A stretch of DNA of 64,000 nucleotides from Acidobacteriaceae bacterium (GCA_049977205.1 JBMFGT010000003.1:124438-188437), one strand, 5' to 3'. Counted from the first letter of the stretch, positions 17,675-31,762 are shown. A program made the numbers and translations. Notes: generated by a model not told the origin, from the letters alone.

Positions 17675-18808
17675 ATGGTGAAATTCAATTTTTCATTTCG
17701 GCGCACCGCGTGGCGTAGCTGGCAATGCCTGCTATGGCTTGTCCTGTTGGCCCCCCTGGCGACCACGCTTGGGGCGCAAAACACGGCCCCGCCTGCGACA
17801 TCTGGCGCCTCCGCGACAGCGACAAGCGCACCCACTGGAAAGACCACCCCGCCTGCCAGCACGGCCAAAGACGCACGCCATACGGCCGTGCCGTTGGACA
17901 CACTGCCCCAGGGAAAGCCAGGCGAGCATGTGGCCCCACAGCAGTCCCCCACCGGCGCAGGCCAGCAGGACGAAGAATACAAAATCCGCACCACGGTCAA
18001 TGAGGTCGACCTCATCTTTACCGTGATCGACAAGCATGGCCACTTTGTCCGCAATTTACAGGAGGGCGACTTTGCCCTGCTGGACAACCACATGCGCCCG
18101 GACGAGGTCTACAAATTCACCCAGCAGACCAACCTGCCCTTGCGCGTCGGTCTCCTGATTGACGCCAGCAACTCCATCCGCACGCGCTTCCACTTTGAGC
18201 AGAACGCTGCAACGGAGTTCCTCCTGGACATCCTGCGCCCACAGGTGGACAAGGCCTTCGTCATGGGCTTCGATGTGGTGCCGGACCTGACACAGGACTT
18301 TACCAACAACGGCGACCTGCTGGAGACCGGCATCCACAAGCTGGAACCTGGCGGCGGCACCGCGCTCTATGACGCGGTCTACACCGCCTGCCGGGACAAG
18401 ATGCTGCCGTTGCATGACACCATGGACATACGCAAGGCCGTCATCCTGCTCTCCGATGGGGACGACAACCAGAGCCACACCGACCTGGACGACGCCATCA
18501 AAATGTGCCAGCGCGCTGATACCCTTGTCTATGCCATCAGCACCAACAGCGGCCCCAGCCGCGACCGTGGGGACGACGTCCTGAAGGCCATGGCAGAGGC
18601 CACCGGGGGACGCGCCATTTATCCGCCGCGCATGGAAGACGTGGCCACCGCCTTCAATGAAATCCAGGACGAGCTGCGCAGCCAGTATTCGCTGGTATAC
18701 AAACCGGCGGACTTTGTGGCCAACGGCTCTTTCCGCCCCATCTATCTGGTCGCCATGGACCGCCACTACAAGGTGCGCGTGCGCAAGGGATATTTCGCGC
18801 CAAAGTAG
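17675..18808 (+). CDS. secreted VWA-domain protein (Acidobacteria-type VWFA-related domain)
   Basis: Signal peptide, then the MIDAS-like LLIDASNSIR, GGGTALYDAV and ILLSDGDDN motifs. Confidence 0.8.
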   Translation: MVKFNFSFRRTAWRSWQCLLWLVLLAPLATTLGAQNTAPPATSGASATATSAPTGKTTPPASTAKDARHTAVPLDTLPQGKPGEHVAPQQSPTGAGQQDEEYKIRTTVNEVDLIFTVIDKHGHFVRNLQEGDFALLDNHMRPDEVYKFTQQTNLPLRVGLLIDASNSIRTRFHFEQNAATEFLLDILRPQVDKAFVMGFDVVPDLTQDFTNNGDLLETGIHKLEPGGGTALYDAVYTACRDKMLPLHDTMDIRKAVILLSDGDDNQSHTDLDDAIKMCQRADTLVYAISTNSGPSRDRGDDVLKAMAEATGGRAIYPPRMEDVATAFNEIQDELRSQYSLVYKPADFVANGSFRPIYLVAMDRHYKVRVRKGYFAPK

Positions 18809-18814
18809 AAGCAT

Positions 18815-22406
<3,592 letters not shown>

Positions 22407-22576
22407 CTTGCACCCAGGAAATACAATGGAGTCAGGCCGCATGGACATTTCATGGAACCAACAAATTGCTTGATAGCATCAACATTCCCTTGACCATCCG
22501 CGTTCTGGCCCGGAGAATGAAGGTTTAGGCAAGGGGAGAAAAACACCCTTGCGGATAGGGCGCATAAAGGAGTCCC

Positions 22577-23116
22577 ATGTTTGGTTATTTATTTCTGTTG
22601 GCAGCCGTTTTCAGCCGTATTCTTCCGCACCCGTGGATGAACTTCACGGCGGTGGGCGCATCGTTGCTGTACTTTGGCGCGCGCCGTACCCCGCGGCAGT
22701 TCTTCCTGCCTGTCATCGCGCTGGCTGCCACCGATTATTATCTGACCGTCTTCGCCTACAACTATCCCTTTCATTTGCAGGATTATCTGGTGACGTGGGC
22801 CTGGTATCTGGGGGCCTGCGTGCTGGGCCGGGCGGTGCTGCGCGGAGATGTGACGGCAGGCCGCGTTGTGGGCGCTGCGCTCGCTTCTTCCACCTCGTTC
22901 TTTGTGCTGAGCAACTTCGTCGTCTGGCTGGGCTTCGGCGTCTATCCGCACACCCTGGGCGGGCTGGCCGCCTGCTATGTGGCTGCCTTGCCCTTCTATC
23001 GCAATGACGCGCTTTCCACCACCCTGCTGCTGGGCGCTGTTTTTGGCGTGCCCGTCTTGGCGCGGCGCATGGTGGAGGCATGGCAGCAAAAAGACACCGG
23101 GGCCATGGCCGGATAA
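22577..23116 (+). CDS. DUF6580-like polytopic membrane protein (putative transporter component)
   Basis: 179 aa with LPHPWMNFTAVGA...SFFVLSNFVVW...ALPFYRN, as I recall for this family. GGAG SD upstream. Confidence 0.6.
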   Translation: MFGYLFLLAAVFSRILPHPWMNFTAVGASLLYFGARRTPRQFFLPVIALAATDYYLTVFAYNYPFHLQDYLVTWAWYLGACVLGRAVLRGDVTAGRVVGAALASSTSFFVLSNFVVWLGFGVYPHTLGGLAACYVAALPFYRNDALSTTLLLGAVFGVPVLARRMVEAWQQKDTGAMAG

Positions 23117-23220
23117 ACACTGGCCATGGTAAGGCCACAATAGCAATGTACGCTTGGACCACAGCAACAGCATGAAGCAAGCAGCAAGGCGCACCCCTTG
23201 CTACTTGCCCCTTGCGGACG

Positions 23221-24117
23221 CTACATTAACTCCTCAACAAAGGAACGCGCGACCTCCGGCGGTATACGCATCTCCTGCTGCACCAGAGGGCCTGCGTCCA
23301 GGACAGGCTCGGCCTCGTGCAGGGTCGGCAGGTCCGTGCGCTCAAAGAACTTGCCAATGGGTATCTCGTCGCCCCACAGCAATGATTTTTCCATGGCCGC
23401 CATCCAGTCGGTGGCGTCGTAGGCCGCGTCTTCTTCCAGCTTGCGGACGCGCGGACGGAACCACGGAAAGGTGTTGTCGTGGTTGTAGGTGACGCAAGGG
23501 CTGAAAACGTCAATAAAAGAGGCCCCCTTGTGCTCAATGCCCTGCTTGATGAGTTCGGTCAGGTGCTTCTGTTCGCCGCTGAAGCCGCGCGCAATGAACG
23601 TGGCCCCTGCAGAAAGGGCCAGCGAGACCGGATTGATGGGCGCTTCCAGGTTGCCATAGGGCATACTTTTCGTCTTCATGCCTTTGCGGCTGGTGGGTGA
23701 GGTCTGGCCCGTGGTGAGGCCGTAAATCTGGTTGTCCATCACGATGTACAGCAGGTCCACATTGCGGCGCATGGTGTGCAGAAAGTGGTCGCCGCCAATC
23801 CCAAAACCGTCGCCATCGCCGCCCGTCACCAGCACGGTCAATGCATGGTTGGCCATCTTGACGCCCGTTGCCACAGGCAGCGAGCGGCCATGCAGCGTGT
23901 GCATCCCGTAGGTGTTGATAAAGCCGGGAAAGTTGGAGGAGCAGCCAATACCGCTGACCACGACCACTTCGTGGTTCGGTATTTGCAGGTCCACCAGCGC
24001 CTTTTGCACGGCGGCCAGCACGCCATAATCGCCGCAGCCCGGACACCAGTCGGGCCCAACTTTGCCTTTCATGTCGGCCATTGTGAAGGGACTTGGGGGA
24101 GCAATCTCTGTCGCCAT
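23221..24117 (-). CDS. korB: 2-oxoacid:ferredoxin oxidoreductase beta subunit
   Basis: 298 aa with WCPGCGDYG and the TPP-binding GGDGDGFGIG. Confidence 0.9.
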   Translation of the reverse strand: MATEIAPPSPFTMADMKGKVGPDWCPGCGDYGVLAAVQKALVDLQIPNHEVVVVSGIGCSSNFPGFINTYGMHTLHGRSLPVATGVKMANHALTVLVTGGDGDGFGIGGDHFLHTMRRNVDLLYIVMDNQIYGLTTGQTSPTSRKGMKTKSMPYGNLEAPINPVSLALSAGATFIARGFSGEQKHLTELIKQGIEHKGASFIDVFSPCVTYNHDNTFPWFRPRVRKLEEDAAYDATDWMAAMEKSLLWGDEIPIGKFFERTDLPTLHEAEPVLDAGPLVQQEMRIPPEVARSFVEELM

Positions 24118-24130
24118 TTCTTTTTTCTCC

Positions 24131-25936
24131 TTAAACCATGATCTCGTGGGCCGGAACAGAAAGCGTGCCCTTTCCGGCCAGTTGTTCCTTTACCGCCTCC
24201 ACAATGTGGTGCGGCATAAACGGTTCCCCATCGTATTTGCGGATGTGGCCATCGGGCACAAAGCTGGTCTCGCTGCGCAGGTAGCGGGCAAACTGGCCGC
24301 TGTAGTTGTTCTCTACGAGGATGGTGTGCCGCGCGCCTTTCAGTATCTCCAGGATGGCATCGCCATGCAGCGGGACCAGCCAGCGTATCTGGAGATGGTT
24401 GGCCGTGATGCCCTGCCCGCCAAGCAACGTGCGGGCCTCCTCAATCACGCCCTGCGTGGACCCCCATCCTATCAAGGTGACATCGGCGGCCTTTGGCCCT
24501 TGCAGCACCGGGGGGGCGATGGCGGCCTCAATGCCCTGGACCTTGCGCATACGCTTTTCCATCATGGCGCGGCGTTTGGCCGCGTTGGTGTACATGTCGC
24601 TGATGAGCACGCCATCCTCATCGTGCTCGTCGCTGGAAAGGGTGTGGATGTGTCCGGGCACGCCCGGAATGGCGCGGGGAGATACGCCGCTCTCCGTGAT
24701 CTTGTAGCGCATGTACGCCCCATTGCTTGCTGGCCCGGCAGAGGCCCCATTGGCGGAAGTAATCATCTCTCCGCGGTCGATGGGAGGGGCAAAGTCCAGC
24801 AGCTTGGGGTCCACGCTGAGCCGGCCTTCGGCCAGCAGCAGGTCGCACAGCACGATCCCAGGGCACTGGAAGCGGTCCGTAACGTTGAACATCTCCGGCA
24901 TGAGCGTGAAGCAGTCCCCAATATCGAGCGGGGCGGCAATCACGCGGGGATAATCGCCAAAGGCCGCGCCCAGCATCTGCCATAGGTCGCCCTGTTCGGT
25001 CTTGGTGGGCACGCCCGTGGAGGGGCCGGCGCGCTGGCAGTCAATCACCACCACCGGGGTCTCCATCATGGCGGAAAGGCCGAGGCCTTCGCTCATCAGC
25101 GCAAACCCTCCGCCGGAGGTGGCGCACATGGCGCGCACCCCCGCGTTGGCGGCGCCAATCGCGGAATTGATGACGGCAATTTCGTCTTCCATCTGGCGCA
25201 CCATGATGCCAGCTTTCCGGGCGTGCGCGGCCATCCAGTGCAGGACGCCGGTCGCAGGACTCATGGGATAGGCGCAGTAGAACTTCACCCCCGCCGCGGC
25301 GCCGCCCATGGCCATGGCCTCGTTGCCGCTCAATACAGCAAAGCGGCCCTCCGCCATGGGGAGCGGGCCTTCAAAAGGCCGGAAGTTCTGGGTGGCGTAA
25401 TCGTAGCCAGCGCGCGCAATGCTGATGTTTTCCGCCACCACGGCCTCTTCTTTTTTCTTGAACTGCTCGCGCAGCACGCTTTCCATCGCATCAAAACCGA
25501 CGCCCATCATGCTGAGCGCAGCGCCAATCGCCAGCGTGTTTTGCGCCACCTTGTTCTTGCTGATGTCGGCCAGCTTGGAAACGGGGAGCGGGCAAAGTTG
25601 CACGCCTTTTGCCGCTTCGCCCGGTTGGATGGCGTCGGCATTATAGATGCACGCCCCGCCAGCGGAGAGCAGACGCAAATGGCGGTCCATGGTGTCCTGG
25701 TTCAACGGGACCAGCAGGTCAATGCGGTCCCCCATGTTGGTCACCCTTTCCGGGCCGGTGCGGATGATGAGAAAAGTATGGCCGCCGCGAATGATCGATT
25801 GGTACGAGTTGTACGCATTCAAGTGCAGCCCGCGACGACTGAATATCTTTGCGAAAATATCACCCGGCGTGGCCACACCCTGACCGGCAGCGCCACCGAT
25901 GCCGATGGCAAAAGTCTGTCTCATAAGGTCCCTCAT
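24131..25936 (-). CDS. korA: 2-oxoacid:ferredoxin oxidoreductase alpha subunit
   Basis: 601 aa with the fused gamma/alpha architecture (IGIGGAAGQGV... then a PFOR core). It is upstream of korB. Confidence 0.88.
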   Translation of the reverse strand: MRDLMRQTFAIGIGGAAGQGVATPGDIFAKIFSRRGLHLNAYNSYQSIIRGGHTFLIIRTGPERVTNMGDRIDLLVPLNQDTMDRHLRLLSAGGACIYNADAIQPGEAAKGVQLCPLPVSKLADISKNKVAQNTLAIGAALSMMGVGFDAMESVLREQFKKKEEAVVAENISIARAGYDYATQNFRPFEGPLPMAEGRFAVLSGNEAMAMGGAAAGVKFYCAYPMSPATGVLHWMAAHARKAGIMVRQMEDEIAVINSAIGAANAGVRAMCATSGGGFALMSEGLGLSAMMETPVVVIDCQRAGPSTGVPTKTEQGDLWQMLGAAFGDYPRVIAAPLDIGDCFTLMPEMFNVTDRFQCPGIVLCDLLLAEGRLSVDPKLLDFAPPIDRGEMITSANGASAGPASNGAYMRYKITESGVSPRAIPGVPGHIHTLSSDEHDEDGVLISDMYTNAAKRRAMMEKRMRKVQGIEAAIAPPVLQGPKAADVTLIGWGSTQGVIEEARTLLGGQGITANHLQIRWLVPLHGDAILEILKGARHTILVENNYSGQFARYLRSETSFVPDGHIRKYDGEPFMPHHIVEAVKEQLAGKGTLSVPAHEIMV

Positions 25937-26328
25937 AAAGAAATGTTTTTACGCCCGGCCCCTTCCATCCTCAAAACTTGCTGGCGCCCCTGTGCTGGGC
26001 CGTCCTTTGCTGGGCCTTCTTGCTGGCCCTCCATGTTGCAGTGTCCCCTCCATGCGGCCCATAAGCGCCCAATGGAAAATCGTTTTCGCAGGGCCTCTAC
26101 GCGCCCACCCTGAATGTCGATAAGCATACACTGGGCGCCATGTCTTCGGATAGTCTGCGTTTTTACAGGACCGTATGGCCCTTTGTCCCAATGGTTTCCG
26201 GCAGGCAAAGGTCATTGACAGCGTCGCTGCGCGGCCCCATCCGTTTTTCTTCTCAAAAAAGTAATGGCCCTGCACCTGGAACGGCGCTTGGCTTCTTTTT
26301 GCCTGACAGCCCCCTTGGGTGCTTGCTG

Positions 26329-27546
26329 TCACTGGATGCATTCAAACTTATATCCGGCCCCATCCAGGGCCTTGGAGATGGCCTGGATGTGCGCGGGGCC
26401 GCGCGCCTCCAGCGTGATGTCAATGACCGTGTCCCCCAGGCTCACTCCATAATGGGCCCTGTTATATGAGGTCTCCACGATGTTCGCCTGCTGCTCGGCC
26501 AGTATCTTCGTCAATTGGTGGAGTGCCCCAGGCCGGTCCAACAGATGCACGCGAATGCGTACACGACGGCCATCCTTCACCAGGCCACGTTCAATGATTT
26601 TCGTCAGCAAACTGACGTCGATGTTGCCGCCGCAGACCAGGACGGCCGTTTTCTGCGATTGCAGCGAGGTCTTCTTATAGAGCAGCGCAGCCAAGGCCAC
26701 GGCGCCTGCCCCCTCGGCCAGGGTCTTTTCCTTTTCCAGCAGGAGCAGGATGGCGCTGGCAATCTCTTCTTCCTCTACGGTGACAATCTCGTCTACATAT
26801 CGCTGCACCAGCGGCAACGTCAGGTCACCCGCCCGCCGCACCGCGATGCCGTCGGCAATGGTCGCCTCTGGTGGCAGCGTGACGGGGGCCCCAGCATTAC
26901 AGGCCTGCAACATAGATGGCAAACGTTCCGTTTGTACTCCAATGACGCGAATGGCGGGGTTGCTCTCCTTCAGTGCGGCGGCCACGCCGCTAATCAACCC
27001 GCCGCCGCCGATGGGCACAACGACGGCCTCCAGTCCTGGCACCTGTTCCAGCAGCTCCAGCCCTATTGTCCCCTGGCCGTGGACCACTGCCATGTCGTCA
27101 AAGGGGTGCAGGAACGTCATGCCCTGTTCTTCGCTGCGCCGCACTGCCTCAGCGTATGCCTCGTCGTAGTTCGCCCCATGGAGGACCACATCGGCCCCGA
27201 AGCCCCGCGTGGCGGACACCTTTACCAGCGGCGTCATCAGCGGCATGACGATCTGCGCCCGGATTTTGCGCTTGCCTGCATGATAGGCAACGGCCTGCGC
27301 GTGGTTGCCCGCACTGGCGGCAATGACGCCCTGCTGTTTCTCCTTCTCGCCAAGGAGAAGTATTTTGTTCAGCGCCCCGCGCTCCTTGAATGCGCCCGTG
27401 CGTTGCAGATTGTCCAGCTTCAAGTAGACCTGCTGTCCGGTGGTCTCAGAAAGCTCCGCCGAATACTGGCAGGGAGTGTAGCAGATAAAATCGCGGACAC
27501 GAGCACGCGCTTGTTTGATCTGTTCCAGCATGGTGGAAGGGGCCAT
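26329..27546 (-). CDS. ilvA: threonine ammonia-lyase (PLP-dependent, with a C-terminal ACT-like domain)
   Basis: LKLDNLQRTGAFKERGA (PLP lysine), ASAGNHAQAVA and GGGGLISG are present. The start is chosen at MAPSTMLEQ; alternatives are 27588 and 27531. Confidence 0.85.
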   Translation of the reverse strand: MAPSTMLEQIKQARARVRDFICYTPCQYSAELSETTGQQVYLKLDNLQRTGAFKERGALNKILLLGEKEKQQGVIAASAGNHAQAVAYHAGKRKIRAQIVMPLMTPLVKVSATRGFGADVVLHGANYDEAYAEAVRRSEEQGMTFLHPFDDMAVVHGQGTIGLELLEQVPGLEAVVVPIGGGGLISGVAAALKESNPAIRVIGVQTERLPSMLQACNAGAPVTLPPEATIADGIAVRRAGDLTLPLVQRYVDEIVTVEEEEIASAILLLLEKEKTLAEGAGAVALAALLYKKTSLQSQKTAVLVCGGNIDVSLLTKIIERGLVKDGRRVRIRVHLLDRPGALHQLTKILAEQQANIVETSYNRAHYGVSLGDTVIDITLEARGPAHIQAISKALDGAGYKFECIQ

Positions 27547-27709
27547 CTGTTTATTATCATGTCTGCTGGTCCATTTACCAAAATCCAAACTGCCCTGCGC
27601 AGGTGGATTGCTGGATTGTGGTCTTCCAGGGACATGGTCCCCTTGCGCGCCGGTCCACGCAGGCCACTATGAATGGCCCGACGATCGACCAAGCGGCCCT
27701 GATGGTCGT

Positions 27710-29551
27710 ATGCTAGCAACAATACCCTGGAAGACGGTCCCCTTTCCACCTATGCCCACTCCCATCCCCGACCATACAAGCACGCTGTCTGTCCACAATC
27801 CGCAAGGCCGATACAACCGGTTTCTTCTGCTTGTCGCGGGCCTTGGCGGCCTGCTATATGGCGTGGATGTTGGTATCATCGGCGGCGCGTTGCCCTATCT
27901 GGAGGCCACCTCTGGCCTGAATGCCGGCCAGCTTTCCATCATCGTGGCCGCCGTGCTGCTGGGGAGCGTGCTTTCGACGCTCTTTGCCGGGACACTGGCC
28001 GATTGGATGGGCCGCAGGCCCCTGATGACACTGAGCGGGTCCACCTTTGTCCTCAGCATCCCGATCATCGCCCTCTCGCACGGCTATGGGCCATTGTTCT
28101 TTGGCCGCCTTTTACAGGGCGTCAGCGGCGGCCTGATTGGCATGGTCGTCCCGCTGTATCTTGCCGAGTGTCTGGTGGCCTCTGGCCGCGGCAAAGGGAC
28201 TGGGGCCTTCCAGTGGCTGCTCACGCTCGGCATCATGGCCGCTGCCTGTATCGGCATCTATTACAGCTACCGCGTGGAGGCGGTGGCCAGGGCAGCCGGG
28301 CCAGCGGCACTCTTCGCATTCAAAGACCAGGCCTGGCGGCGCATCTTCTGGGTCTCGCTCCCACCGGGCCTCCTGTTTGTGATTGGCAGTTTGTTCGTGG
28401 CAGAGTCCCCGCGCTGGCTCTTCCTGCGCGGCAAAAAAGAGCGCGCCTACAGCGCCCTGCTCCGTTCACGCACAGCGGAACAGGCGGCCATCGAAATACA
28501 GGAGATGGAGCAAACGGCCCTTGCCGCCCAGGCGCGGTCTGCTTCCGGGCAGTCCGTCCGCGACACGATCTTCCAACGCAAATACATGGTCCCGTTTCTG
28601 CTGGCCTGCCTCGTCCTTTTTTTCACCCAGGCTTCGGGGATCAATTCCATCATTGGCTACAACACTGGGATACTTTTACAAAGCGGACTCTCCGACCTTG
28701 CTGCGCACTGGGGCTATGTGGTGTTCACCCTGGTGAACTTCCTTATGACGATAGTAGGGATGCAGCTGGTGGACCGCAAAGGCCGCAAGTTCCTGTTGGT
28801 CCTGGGCACCATCGGAATGACCCTGTCCCTGGTTGCCGTGGGCGTGCTGTTTCTGGACACGGAAAAGGCGGACATGGACTGCCGGGACGCCGTGCAGTCC
28901 ATGATAGGCCCGGACCAGACGCTAAAATTTTCATTCGACCAGGCCGCAGCCAGCAGGCTACTGGCCGCAAGTGGTCGGCCAGGAAATATGGTCCAGGCAG
29001 ACCGCGCGGACCTGGTGATTATTTACTCCTATGGGGACTTTACTGCGGCAACCAGTTTTGTACGCTCCGATGACCCGTCTGCGGCCCTCCTTCAAATCAC
29101 ACGGGAAAGCTGCGTGCCGGCCAACAAAATCAGTGCGTTTCTCAAGGCCCCCTTTGCCAACCTGGGGGCTGCGCAAACGGCGCCCCTGAAGATTGAGAAG
29201 GCCTTGGTTGGTTGCGTGCCTGGCGCCCGGCATGGCTGGATGGTGGCCATCGGGCTTTATACTTTTCTGGCATTTTACGCGCTTGGTCCTGGCGTCTGCT
29301 CCTGGCTGGCGCTATCCGAGCTGATGCCAACGCGCATCCGCTCCAATGGAATGAGCTTCGCCCTCGTCATCAACCAGATGGTGTCCACCACGCTGGCCGC
29401 CATGTTCCTGCCTGTCGTCAGCAAATACGGGTACTCGACGATATTCTTTGTCTTTGCCGCATTTACCGTGCTGTACCTGATTACCGCTGCCTTTTTCTTG
29501 CCAGAGACAAAAGGGAAAACACTGGAAGAAATCGAGGCCCTCTTTGGTTGA
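27710..29551 (+). CDS. MFS sugar-porter-family transporter with a large periplasmic insertion
   Basis: GRRP, PESPRWL, the ...ELMPTRIRSNG... region and PETKGKTLEEIE motifs are present. Start is at MLATIP (alternative 27752). Confidence 0.85.
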   Translation: MLATIPWKTVPFPPMPTPIPDHTSTLSVHNPQGRYNRFLLLVAGLGGLLYGVDVGIIGGALPYLEATSGLNAGQLSIIVAAVLLGSVLSTLFAGTLADWMGRRPLMTLSGSTFVLSIPIIALSHGYGPLFFGRLLQGVSGGLIGMVVPLYLAECLVASGRGKGTGAFQWLLTLGIMAAACIGIYYSYRVEAVARAAGPAALFAFKDQAWRRIFWVSLPPGLLFVIGSLFVAESPRWLFLRGKKERAYSALLRSRTAEQAAIEIQEMEQTALAAQARSASGQSVRDTIFQRKYMVPFLLACLVLFFTQASGINSIIGYNTGILLQSGLSDLAAHWGYVVFTLVNFLMTIVGMQLVDRKGRKFLLVLGTIGMTLSLVAVGVLFLDTEKADMDCRDAVQSMIGPDQTLKFSFDQAAASRLLAASGRPGNMVQADRADLVIIYSYGDFTAATSFVRSDDPSAALLQITRESCVPANKISAFLKAPFANLGAAQTAPLKIEKALVGCVPGARHGWMVAIGLYTFLAFYALGPGVCSWLALSELMPTRIRSNGMSFALVINQMVSTTLAAMFLPVVSKYGYSTIFFVFAAFTVLYLITAAFFLPETKGKTLEEIEALFG

Positions 29552-29732
29552 AGGTGTCCTGTGGGCACCCTACACAAGGCAATGACTGGGGCCACACGCG
29601 CCCGGGCGCGTAACTGCCAAGGGCCAACAGCACCGAAAATGCGCAGGGTGCATCCCGCAGGCCTGCTCCATGTGCGGCCTTCTTACGTCAACATGACTAC
29701 AAATGTATGGCATGCCTGTTTAGCACATAAAC

Positions 29733-29758
29733 AAAGGCCCCGGAATACCGGGGCCTTT
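29733..29758. terminator. bidirectional intrinsic terminator between convergent genes
   Basis: Perfect 11-bp stem AAAGGCCCCGG / CCGGGGCCTTT with a 4-nt loop. The A- and T-tracts at its ends serve both strands. Confidence 0.8.
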
Positions 29759-29785
29759 GCGTCCAACTGTATACCAGCAAAGCAG

Positions 29786-30607
29786 CTATTTCTGGTCGAG
29801 AACAATCCCGCCAGGTGTCTGGCTGTTCTTCTTCTGCTCGTTCGCTTTGCGCGTGCCCATGGACTTCTCAGCCCATTGGTTGGCAGTGTCCATGTCGGCC
29901 TTGCGCGCTGCATCGTCGCCGCACTCCAGGTCGGCCTTGCGCCGATAGAGCAGGTTGATGTAGGCCATGGCGTCGTCGTAAGCGGGACGTATTTGGACCG
30001 CCTTCAATAGATAGTCCAGCCCTTCCTGGACCAATGGCCCATTCTGTGCTTGCAGGTCTGCGCAGACTTTCTTGTCCTTGATCGGGTCACCATTGTCCTG
30101 GAGGCCAAGCGATGTGCGCACGGGGATGGCGTTCTTATAGGCGAGGGTCCAATCTATCACGCCCACCGTGTAGTATGCCTCGGCGTCCGTCGGGTCCGCA
30201 GCAATGACGAGCTTCTGATATTCCTTCGCTTTGTCAAAATTATTTATGCTGAAGTAAAGTCCGCCAATGCCCTTCAGGCTGTTCAGGTCCTTGGGGTCCT
30301 TGTTGAGGACGTCCTGGAACTGTTCAATGGCCAAGTTCGCGTACTTCATGTTTTCCGGCGTGTTCAGGTTGGGGACGACCTGTTGCGCGTATGCCGTGGC
30401 CAGATACAAGCGCGCCATGGGCAGGGTGGGGTCTAGTTGGACCGCCTGCTGGAAGTGGTTGATGGCCTGCTCATATTGCGCGCTCTTGTAGGCCTGCACA
30501 CCTTTATTGAGCTGGTCCCGCGCCTTCAACCGGTTGCATCCCGTGGTGAGGGCCAACAAAGCGACCATGGCAGCCGCCAGTATCGATACATGCATTCTAC
30601 GATTCAT
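29786..30607 (-). CDS. TPR-repeat lipoprotein
   Basis: Trimmed to MNRRMHVSILAAAMVALLALTTGC (lipobox). It has multiple TPR-like repeats and is the last gene of the tonB-exbBD cluster. Confidence 0.75.
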   Translation of the reverse strand: MNRRMHVSILAAAMVALLALTTGCNRLKARDQLNKGVQAYKSAQYEQAINHFQQAVQLDPTLPMARLYLATAYAQQVVPNLNTPENMKYANLAIEQFQDVLNKDPKDLNSLKGIGGLYFSINNFDKAKEYQKLVIAADPTDAEAYYTVGVIDWTLAYKNAIPVRTSLGLQDNGDPIKDKKVCADLQAQNGPLVQEGLDYLLKAVQIRPAYDDAMAYINLLYRRKADLECGDDAARKADMDTANQWAEKSMGTRKANEQKKNSQTPGGIVLDQK

Positions 30608-30814
30608 GCAGCTTGATTTCTCCTTCAGCCGCCCGTATGACTGTCTGTGGCTGACAAAGTCGCGGGCGGAACTTACTATTATGGCCCTGTTCAGCAATTG
30701 CATCTGACTTTATTTCCTCTACCACTATGGCCAGAAGATGGTCCCTGGTGGTCTGTGCCCACGACCAAAGACAGACCTTGGCATTGGCGCCGCATACACC
30801 TGTACTGCACCAGC

Positions 30815-31249
30815 CTACATGCCTGCTTCTATCTTTGGCGTTATCAACCCGATATGGTCCACGTTGGCCTGGTGCCCAATGTCAATGACTTGGGCGACCG
30901 TGCTAAAGTCCAGGTCGGGGTCACCCTTGACAAACATCACACGCTCCGCGCGCGTAGAAAAGATCGCTGTGAGCTGGTTCAACAGGTCCCTTTGCGCAAC
31001 GTCCGTTTCGTTGATTTTGTATGTGGGAGGGCCACCAGGCCGGTGGAAAATCTGCACAACAATTGTGCGATCATTGGTCTGGTCTTTCTGTGGGTTCTTG
31101 GGCGGCTGTGGCACCAAGGCGTCCAAGCCATGCGGCGTTACCGGCACGATGACCATGAAAATAATCAACAACACCAACAAAACATCAATCATTGGTGTGA
31201 CGTTGATCTCGGACATTGGGCCACCTTGGCCACCTGTCATCATTGACAT
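30815..31249 (-). CDS. exbD: ExbD/TolR-family biopolymer transport protein
   Basis: INVTPMIDVLLVLLIIFMV signature, 144 aa. Confidence 0.88.
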   Translation of the reverse strand: MSMMTGGQGGPMSEINVTPMIDVLLVLLIIFMVIVPVTPHGLDALVPQPPKNPQKDQTNDRTIVVQIFHRPGGPPTYKINETDVAQRDLLNQLTAIFSTRAERVMFVKGDPDLDFSTVAQVIDIGHQANVDHIGLITPKIEAGM

Positions 31250-31315
31250 ATCTTTGTCCCTCGTTTGCAGGGCGCCTGCACGTAGCTGGGCCCATCAATA
31301 AAATGCTTTTGTGTG

Positions 31316-31762
31316 CTACTTTTGCGGCGGCGTGTTCTGCGGCTCCGTCCGCTGCTCCGTAAGCAGGCCAACTTCATCGACGCCCGCTGTGCGCATATTA
31401 TCAATGGCGTCCATTACGGTCCCGTAGTGGGCGCGCGCATCGGCACGCATGTAGGCGACCTTGCTAGGTTTGTTTTCAAGCATGTCACGCACCTTTGCCC
31501 CCAGGTCGTCCATCGTGATCTGGTTCGCGCCCAGATAGATGCGACTGTCTCGCGTGACCGCGACCACAACAGCGTCGTCCTTGTCGGCATCCGGCATGGC
31601 TGTCGGGGTCTCTGCCTTGGCAAGCTCGATGTTGACCTTGTTCTGCAACATGGGTGTGATGACCATGAAAATAATCAACAGCACCAGCATCACGTCCACC
31701 ATGGGCGTCACGTTGATGTTGGAGTTGACTTTAGAGCCTTCGTTTCGTACTGCTATTGCCAT
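31316..31762 (-). CDS. exbD: ExbD/TolR-family biopolymer transport protein
   Basis: INVTPMVDVMLVLLIIFMV signature, 148 aa. Confidence 0.88.
   Translation of the reverse strand: MAIAVRNEGSKVNSNINVTPMVDVMLVLLIIFMVITPMLQNKVNIELAKAETPTAMPDADKDDAVVVAVTRDSRIYLGANQITMDDLGAKVRDMLENKPSKVAYMRADARAHYGTVMDAIDNMRTAGVDEVGLLTEQRTEPQNTPPQK

Noticed and set aside
22407-22576. Possible riboswitch (cobalamin or preQ1) upstream of the DUF6580-like membrane protein
   Set aside because: Only a short AGTCAGG and one 7-bp hairpin (GCAAGGG...CCCTTGC) are present. I could not recognise a B12 box in the right context or any conserved riboswitch core. A covariance-model scan would be needed.
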